The notes below the pieces were generated by a model. The model was not told the DNA's origin. It ran no database searches and was given only the letters and a program-made list of their open reading frames with translations. 64,000 nucleotides of DNA from the human T2T-CHM13v2.0 reference genome, Homo sapiens: NCBI RefSeq assembly GCF_009914755.1, contig NC_060929.1; one strand, 5' to 3'. The position numbers were made by a program, and so were the translations under genes. This document shows, one piece after another, positions 52,120-64,000 of the stretch. The number at the start of each line of letters is the position of its first letter. The first letter of the stretch is position 1.

Positions 52120-53420
52120 TCATGACCATCTTTTGAGGACCTTTGATTATCAGAGAGCTCAGGTCACCTCCCAATGCGACACAGCTCAAAAGTGGTGGAG
52201 ACCATTCATGGGCCCAGGTCTGTTTGACTCTACAAGGTCACACCCTTAGCACTGTACTCTACTTCCTGGGTTGTCCGCAACCCCTTCCTTTAAGCTCCTT
52301 TCTTCTCCAAACCTAGAAAACAGCCCTTGGTGATGCTGCAGGGCTGGGCTGGGCTGGGCTTCTTCTCACGCTTGGTCAGACTTGGATGTTTCTCGTCTCC
52401 TGGTGGAAAAATAGGGAAGGGAAATGTATGTTGTTGATCTCCAAGCCCCTCCAGGAGCCAAATAGATCAAAAGAGGTTGGAGGTGGGAGGTGGAATGTCC
52501 CAGGCTGTCTTCTCCCAGGTTGAGGAGCGGAAGCCATGACAACTAAGGGGATTTGTGGAAATTCCTCATGCATTGTTACCAGGCAAAGGAAGTGGTTTAG
52601 TGTTGAGCTCTCAATTTCTGCCCTGGGGAGCCACCACCAGTTTCCGCTTCTGAAACTTGTTTGTGGGAAACTGAAGGGGCTGTTTCAGGTCTTGAGTGTG
52701 GGGGGCTCCAGATAACGCCACGTCCCTCCTTTCCAGAGGGGAAAGGGGCAGAAGGGCCCAGCAAGCCAGACAAAACACCCCCAGAATCTGCTCTTTTTCC
52801 TTCCACTCTGAGGCTGGTGGCTCAGAGCCGAGGCAAATGAACAGAAACATTTTATCCAGGCCTGCTGGTATTTGTTTCTGGCACGATCAGCACAAGCAGA
52901 TTAGAGAAATAAGTTGCATTTTTTCATCTGTTTGCTGTTTGGACTGGACCTTGGCACGCTGGATCTGTGTGGTTCTCTACAGCCTCCAGTCCATTCTGGA
53001 GGGATGGCTGGGCCTGAGTCCCTGGCATGGCTGTCCATACTCTGCCAGATAGTGAGTCACTTCCCAGGCTCTCGGGAAGGTGGTAATTAGCTCACCAGGA
53101 AAGATACACAGGCACCCATACATGCGTCTACATATGGAGACACCACTTAACGTACTTACACCTGCGTATCCTTACATGCGCCAAACGGCTGCATGTTTCC
53201 TTCTCATTGCTCTCCTGGGGTGCCTCTGGCTCTCCTTTCTGATGCAGGAGCACTCTGTGGGAGCCCCCCAGAAAACACCAGAGGAAGGGGAAGCTGGCTT
53301 TTCTGAGGCCAGTAAGGGTCTCCCATGGAAACTCTGGCTGGGAGGCAGACACGGAAGACCCTACCAGGCTGCGCCACCCAGTCCCTGCCAGAAAACTCTT
53401 GCCCAGAAAATCACCTTTGA

Positions 53421-53700
53421 GGCCGGGCGTGGTGGCTCACTCCTGTAATCCCAGCACTTTGGGAGGCTGAGGCAGGCGGATCACAAGTTCAGGAGTTCAA
53501 GATCAGCCTGGCCAAGATGGTGAAACCCTGTCTCTACTAAAAATACAAAAATTAGTTGGGCATGTGCCTGTAATCCCAGCTACCTGGGAGGCTGAGGCAG
53601 GAGAATCATTTGAACCTGCAGTGAGCTGAGACTGCACCGCTGCACTCCAGCCTGGGCGACAGAGCGAGACTCCGTCTTTAAAAAAAAAGAAAAAGAAAAG
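53421..53700 (+). mobile_element. AluS with internal deletions
   Basis: TSD agaaaatcacctttga. Confidence 0.92.
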
Positions 53701-53872
53701 AAAATCACCTTTGAGGTGTGACAGAAATCTGGCAGGGGAAGAAGGGACACGTAGGCCCACAAAGTCTTTCTCAGCCCCCACACTCTGCCTGGCTAGAAAG
53801 CCAGGGTGTATCAGCTTGGCTTAACAAACCAAGTAGGAGTTACCAGCCTGTGAAAGAACTTTTACAAGATGA

Positions 53873-54247
<375 letters not shown>

Positions 54248-54447
54248 CTCTTCCTTGCTTTTTAAATTTTCTCTTCTTTCTCTTTCCCCTCTTTTCTCCC
54301 CTCCTTTCTGAAATTTCTTCCTCTTCCCTCCCTTCCTACCTTCTCCTTTCCTTTCCTTTCTCTGTCCTTCCCCTGCTTTCCTTCTGTCTCTTAATTCTAT
54401 CCTGGAAAGAGATCTCCAAGCATCCCTCTCCTTTAATCTTTCAGGGC

Positions 54448-54822
54448 ACATACTCCCCGACTTATGATGGTTGAACTTATGATTTTTTTTAGTTTACGGT
54501 GACGCAGAAGTGTCACGCATTCAGTAGAAACTGTACTTCGAGTACCCATACAACCATTCTGTTTTTCACTTTCAGTACAGTAGTCAATAAGTTGCATGAG
54601 GTATTCAACACTTTGTTATAAAATAGGCTTTGTGTGAGATGATTTCACCCAACTGTAGGCTAATGTAAGTGTTCTGAGCACTGTAAGTGTTGAAGGTAGG
54701 CTAGGCTAAGCTATGATATTTGGTAAGGTTGGTGTGTTAAATGGGTTTTCCACTTACGACATTTTCAACTTACAGTGGGTTTATCGGCAGATAACTGCAT
54801 TGTAAATCAAGAAGCACCTGTA
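54448..54822 (-). mobile_element. MER47A-type (Tigger-derived) DNA transposon
   Basis: ccccgacttatgatggtt...cagtagaaactgtacttcgagtacccatacaacc...aggtaggctaggctaagctatgat...agcacctgTA. Confidence 0.85.
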
Positions 54823-56327
54823 TATCCAGCTCAGTATAAGCACTGAGGTTGGAGGATTTAACAAGCCACAGCTCAAGGATTACAAAGGATCTTTCCCCTT
54901 CACAAACTCCACCTCTGGGTGAGATTTCAAGATGGCCAGAGTTGAACCTGTCATATCTCAACCCCAAACGCTTTCCTTCTTCTCCAAGACTGAGGAGCAG
55001 GGTCTTTGTGGAGCCTACGCAGCAGGCTAAGGATGCGAACACCTAAGAGAAATGGAATTTGGGGTCATAAGTCAAGTAGCATATTCTATGTGGAAGAATT
55101 ATTTCAGAGTTAACAGAGAATTTTTTTTTGGTTTGGTTTTAAAGTGGTTTACATCTATAAGACTTCTGGGAAAGGGACAGATTCCCAACGTGTAAAATAT
55201 GAAATTTTCAAAGTCAACATTCCTAATGCCCAAATACACTTTAGGACTATGAAAACTTCATGTACAATGATATGTTGTTATGAACTAAATCGTACTGAAC
55301 AGTTAGTTGTAAGAGGGCATTTCATGTTTTATTTTTATTTCCATGCGCGGTTTATTTTTGCTCTGACATTTTGTTATAATTTCTTCCTACGGTAGGTGAA
55401 GTGCTTGGGAAGTTAATTTAAACCAGCCTGACTCTCTGTGTGTTTTTTAATATTTGTTTAAGCTTTTATTGAGCTTGTCAGGCAAGTCAGTGTGCAAAAA
55501 TGCAGCCGAAAACCCCTTTTCCCTTCTGCGGTGCCTGCCCATTAATACTAGGTGGTGACAACAAGATTCGCGCACACTTCAAATGGGGGATTATTCTGGG
55601 TTTTCAAGGAAATTTGAGCCACCTGTTTCAGAAACCTCTTAGTGACTTAGCAAGATGATGAAGGGTGTCTCCCCACTCAGCCGTCACTCAGAGTTCCGCC
55701 TCCTCTGGCTCCTTCAGACTCGGCCGGGCCCTGCAGGGGCAATTTGCAGCCCTGGTTGGACGCCTGAGCTCCAAGTTGTCCTCCCAGCTTGTGGCTTGGC
55801 CTCAGCCTGGGCCAGAGAAACAGCTGCCATCTCTCTGCCTGTGGGGAACTTTCCAGATCCACAGCAGGCTGGCTTTCCCCTGGGTTTGGGCTGCCCAGTC
55901 TGGAGCTGTTTATCATGGACAGCAGAACGACATGGGATCACCTTTGAGGAAGTGAGTTGTGAGAGCCAATTGTGCGGCCTACGTGTCGGGGAGCCACGCT
56001 GCCCACAAAATTTGGCCAAGGCGGGAAACAGAAAGTCAACATTTTCCAGCAGACTGGGAAGGCGGCTGGGTATTTCTGGAGCCCAGGACTCTCTGGTAAA
56101 ATGGTCCTTGTGGTGGTGAGAGGCAAAAAAAGGTGGTAGTGGCGGGGGGGGGGGGGCACAATCAGATCTCTACTCAGCTCAGGAAAGGCCTCTTAACACA
56201 AGCAAGAGGTTTCCCTGGCACACAATCCCAGTGCTCCACACTGACCAGGAATCTCACCAAACCTAACCCCAGGAGCAGACTAGAACCAGGGTGCCATGGC
56301 TGGAAGGAGCCTTAGCAATGATTTAGA

Positions 56328-56516
56328 CCAGGGGCCCTCCAAGTGTGGGCTTGGGTCCTCTGCATCAGCAAGTCCTGGGAACTTGTTAGAAATGCAGATT
56401 CTCAGGCCCCAACCCAGACCTGCTGGGCCAGAAACTCCAGGGGTAGGAACCAGCAGCATGTGTTGTCACAAGCCCTCCAAGTGCTGGTGCTGCAGGGCAC
56501 AGTTTGATCATCACTG
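56328..56516. mobile_element. MER5A hAT MITE
   Basis: cctgggaacttgttagaaatgcagattctcaggcccca.cccagacct. Confidence 0.85.
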
Positions 56517-56964
56517 GGAAGGCTCTAAGCTTTCAATCAGTGGGGAAACTGAGGCCTGGGGTGAGGTGGGAGGAAGGAAAGTAACGCATTCATCACCGGT
56601 TTGTTTGTGGCGGAACCAGAACAAGTTCTGCCAGGCTAGGTTTCCTCCTGCCCCTTCTTCTCCTGCCAGTTTAGAGAGGAGAAGGCTCTAATGTCTGAAA
56701 TCCCACCAATTGATGGCAGTTGATCTGGCTCTTCTCTCCCTCTGCTGACCTTATACCCATCTGCAAACTTCAGGAGGACTCTGTACCACCTCTCATAGTG
56801 GGCATGTTGATAATTCAGACTTTCACTTTTCAGTCAATGTTGTGAATAAGCAAGCTAGAAGAATGACCTTTGATTTTGATAAATGACCAGGTCTTTCACA
56901 AGTTGAGTTAGCTAAGTGTTCCTGCCCTGCTGCACTCCCTTCTAAATGAGGGCTCTATGCCTGC

Positions 56965-58130
<1,166 letters not shown>

Positions 58131-58135
58131 TACAT

Positions 58136-58408
58136 CAGGGCTTGGCAACATTTTCTATAAAAGGGCAGATAGTAAACATATTAGACTTGCCAGCTGCGTG
58201 GTCTCTGTTGACACTACTCAATGCCACCTTCCTAAGGCAAAAGCAACCATAGACAATATGGCAATAAATGGGTATGGCTGTGTTCCAATAAAACTTTATT
58301 CTCAAAAATAGGTGACTTTGCTTGTCCCCTTCAAGCAGAAAAATAAATAAGTTAAAAAAAAAAAACCCACAGGTGACCATCTCACTGGCCAAGGTTTGCT
58401 GACTCCTG
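58136..58408. mobile_element. MER58A hAT MITE
   Basis: caggg.ttggcaa..ttttctataaaaggg.cagatagtaaa...tggctgtgttccaataaaactttatt...tttgctgactcctg. Confidence 0.85.
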
Positions 58409-58430
58409 TGCTGGATTAAAATCTAAGTGT

Positions 58431-59119
<689 letters not shown>

Positions 59120-59145
59120 TTAAGTCTAGTCCAGGTCTCATGTGA

Positions 59146-59458
<313 letters not shown>

Positions 59459-59794
59459 TAGATCTTAATCTTAAGGCTGAGTGGAGTATGGGCCATACAT
59501 TCCCTCTGTATCCTCTCTTCTCTTAGTACTCTGCCACTTCTCAGGCTGGCCAGCTACCTCTGGAGTTATGGTAAAAACTCCAAACCCAAAAGTTTATAAG
59601 AACCAGGATTATCCAGTCAACAAACTAACATACACACAAAGTATCTGCAAAGCGAGAACATCCTCTAAGCTCAGCTTTAATGAACTATGTGAAATTTTAC
59701 AAACAGGAAATCTGGAAGGAAACCTTATAATTTTGACATATGAAAAATCAAATAAAATACTTAAGTTACATTTAGATAATGATGAATGTAAAAT

Positions 59795-60370
59795 AGGGTT
59801 GACAATAGAGAGTGGTGGAGACTGTGGTAAACTGGTAAGATTCTGCCCTGTCTAAAGTCAGTGCTAGCCAGTACTTAGCTTTGGTTCATTGTACCCTTTG
59901 GGGATGCAACCTGTCTGATGTCAGATTTTCCAATTCTTGGGTATCTGAATTTTTTAAAAAGTAAAACCTCTTTGTTTTTTAATATTAGCAACTAATTTAA
60001 ATTTGGGGAACATTTGGTTTTGTTTTTTTTGAGATGGTGTCTCGCTCTGTCACCCAGGCTGGAGTACAATGGCATGATCTTGGTTCACTACAACCTCCAC
60101 TTCCTGGGTTCAAGCAATTCTTCCTGCCTCAGGCTCCCGAGTAGCTAGGATTACAGGCAGCCGCCACCACACCCAACTAATTTTTGTATTTTTACTAGAG
60201 ACGGGGTTTTGCCATGTTGGCCAGGCTGGTCTTGAACTCCTGACCTCAGGTGATCCGGCCCCCTTGGCCTCCCAAAGTGCTGGGATTACTGGCATGAGCC
60301 ACCGGGCCCAGGCTGGTTTTTTTGAAAAACGTCCACAAGTCAGATTCAACCCATGAGACTCTCAGAGCCA
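59795..60370. mobile_element. MER102-type hAT element interrupted by a reverse AluS (60015-60313)
   Basis: aatag.gagtggtggagactgtgg.aaactgg...ccctgtctaa...gcaactaatt.aaattt. Confidence 0.6.
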
Positions 60371-61344
60371 ATTCACCCTTTTGTCTTTATCCACATTGGA
60401 GTGAGCTTCCTTTGGCATATTTACCTCACTCCTCGGAGAAGGAAGGCCCTGCAGTTATCTCCGAATTCTTGAGAAGGAAACTGAGTCCAGAAAGAGTCGG
60501 TACCTTGCCTATCACTCACTGGGTCAGGACCAGAGCCGAGCGGCAGCCACGCCGACTCCAGGTTTCCACTTGAGGGAGGCCTGCCCTGTGTTTGAAGCTT
60601 CGGCTGGTCTTCCCAGCATTTCTCTCCACTCACTCGCGCTCCCACATCTGGGCTGTGCTCACAGTGGTATCCGCCTGTGGTTGCTGCAGTTGGCAGGAAG
60701 GGCTCTGAGAAACCAAAAGACTTGGGTATATTTAATAAGTCAGAATATGAGCTGGAGTTTAATCCTGTGACACAAACAACTCTCAGCTGGCCCCTCCAGC
60801 ACGTGTTGGGAAATGGACCTTTCTCTGGTCCTCATACAGAGTCCCTCCAACGTGAATCACAGGTTGTTTATTCAAATTAAGGAATATATTTTCTTCCTGA
60901 GGGCATGGTAGGAAGAAATATGCTATTTGCAAAACAAGAGTTACAAGCAAGACTTCAGGAAGAGAGAGATTAAAAAACAGGGACACGGCTTCTGGAAGTG
61001 TTTGTGGGTGTTCTTTTTCTAGAGGCTCTCAGGGATGCACTAGCTCAGGGCAGCTGGTTGGGGAGTGGGGGACAGGGCTGCATCCTTTGAGGATCCCTTC
61101 CAGAAAATGTCAGCCTTGGGTAAAGATGGAAGCCAAGTCCAGATGGTTTGAATGTAGCTGCTCCTCTGAGAATATGTTTCTGGCTATATTCCTGAGCCAA
61201 ATGAAAGTGGTTTTTGGATTATCCAGTGTTTTATTTTAATTCAAGCCTCATCTTCCATTAGTCCAAGCCAACCCATCGTTACCAGCATTTGTTCTGTAAT
61301 TGTGAGTCATCAATCTATTTCTCTATGGCCAATGGGAGTAGTGG

Positions 61345-61520
61345 TGGTGTTTGGTGTCAAATAGTTGGAGTTCTAATCCGAACTACCATTATTAGCCATG
61401 TCATTCTGGCAAATTACTTAATCTCCTTGTGCCTCAGTTTTTCCATGTGTAGAATGAGAACAATCATAGTATCTACTTCATTAGGTTCTTGTGAGATTAA
61501 AATGAGAAATGTATTCATTT
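61345..61520 (+). mobile_element. MIR
   Basis: ggcaaattacttaa..tgcctcagtttttc.atgtgtagaatg...gtgagattaaa. Confidence 0.75.
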
Positions 61521-61757
61521 ATTCCTAAGTATTCACTTAACACCTGCTTTTAAGTGCTGGCAATAGAGAACTAGACAGGCAGTGCTCCTGCTCTTGAAAT
61601 GCGAACATTCTCCAGTGTGCTCAGCAAATAATAGGTACTATTATTGTTGTTGTGCTGTTGCTATTGGTGTTCTTACCACCCAACTCATGGGGAGGGAGAG
61701 AGATCTAATCCTAACCTGTGGCTCAGTTTTTCTGAATATGCATGGTCTGAAAGATTC

Positions 61758-63014
<1,257 letters not shown>

Positions 63015-63213
63015 GTGTCTTTCCCTAGAACAGACCTTGGAGGAAGATCCTCTCTAAATACTGGGGTGAAATTCTGTAGAGTATATTTATATATCAAAAT
63101 CTCAGAGGAGTCTATCTTAATATAAGAAGAAAACAATAAGATGGTAGAAGTTGGAAGGTCTATAGTGTAGCCATAGTTCTCCTAATTTCACTGATATAAA
63201 AATCACCACTCTC

Positions 63214-63514
<301 letters not shown>

Positions 63515-63973
63515 CTACCACTCTCATTGCAAAAGCAATGCTACAGAATTTAGGCAGCATGATAAATCATTACTAATTATATATCCCTGAGCAGTCCTGC
63601 ATGAACTGGAGGTATAGAGGAAAGGTTTCAGAAGATGGTGCCCAGTGCAATTTAGCTTCGCACTGATCCATTCACTTGGTGATAATGCCATCACAGCCAA
63701 CTAATGTCCTCCTAAACGAGAAATGTGCCTCCATAGTTGGCAGGGAAATACTTTTCCAGAGATGGGGGAAGAAAGATGCTGCAAGAGGGTAATCAGCATT
63801 AAAGTGACTCAGCTTTCTTCTCCAGTAGGGCAATATTCACCAGCCTCTGCCTTCTCTGAGGTCCTGTCTTTCCACCTCTGCCATCTGGCCCTGAATAGGG
63901 CTACTCTCAAGTATATATCTCTTCCTGGAACATGAGATTTTTATTTCCTCCTTTTGTCCCTTACTGCCCACCT

Positions 63974-64000
63974 GTGATGGTTAACTTCCTCTGTTAACTT
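63974..64000 (+). mobile_element. Probable start of an MLT2 LTR, cut by the window edge
   Basis: tgtgatggttaa...tgttaactt resembles the MLT2 5' terminus. Confidence 0.45.

Overview
Primate (human-like) genomic DNA, apparently intergenic or intronic. I cannot support any protein-coding exon, RNA gene, CpG island or CRISPR array. About 70 Alu copies or fragments (roughly 30% of the window by my count) sit on an older layer of L1M/HAL1, L2, MIR, MaLR and ERVL LTRs, and DNA-transposon MITEs (MER44A, MER47A, MER5A, MER58A, MER91, MER102). Most ORFs in the track are Alu read-throughs; the rest are chance frames or retroelement remnants. The most interesting items are: an apolipoprotein A-IV-like coding relic inside an MLT2 LTR; a decayed ERVL (LTR16/HERV16-type) provirus with tRNA-Leu PBS, gag and protease motifs; an intact solo LTR2C; four sites where Alus re-used the same target; and several repeat-free islands with transcription-factor motif clusters. 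I found no convincing new biological system. Subfamily names are from memory of consensus sequences, and boundaries are approximate (about 10-30 bp) unless a TSD is quoted.
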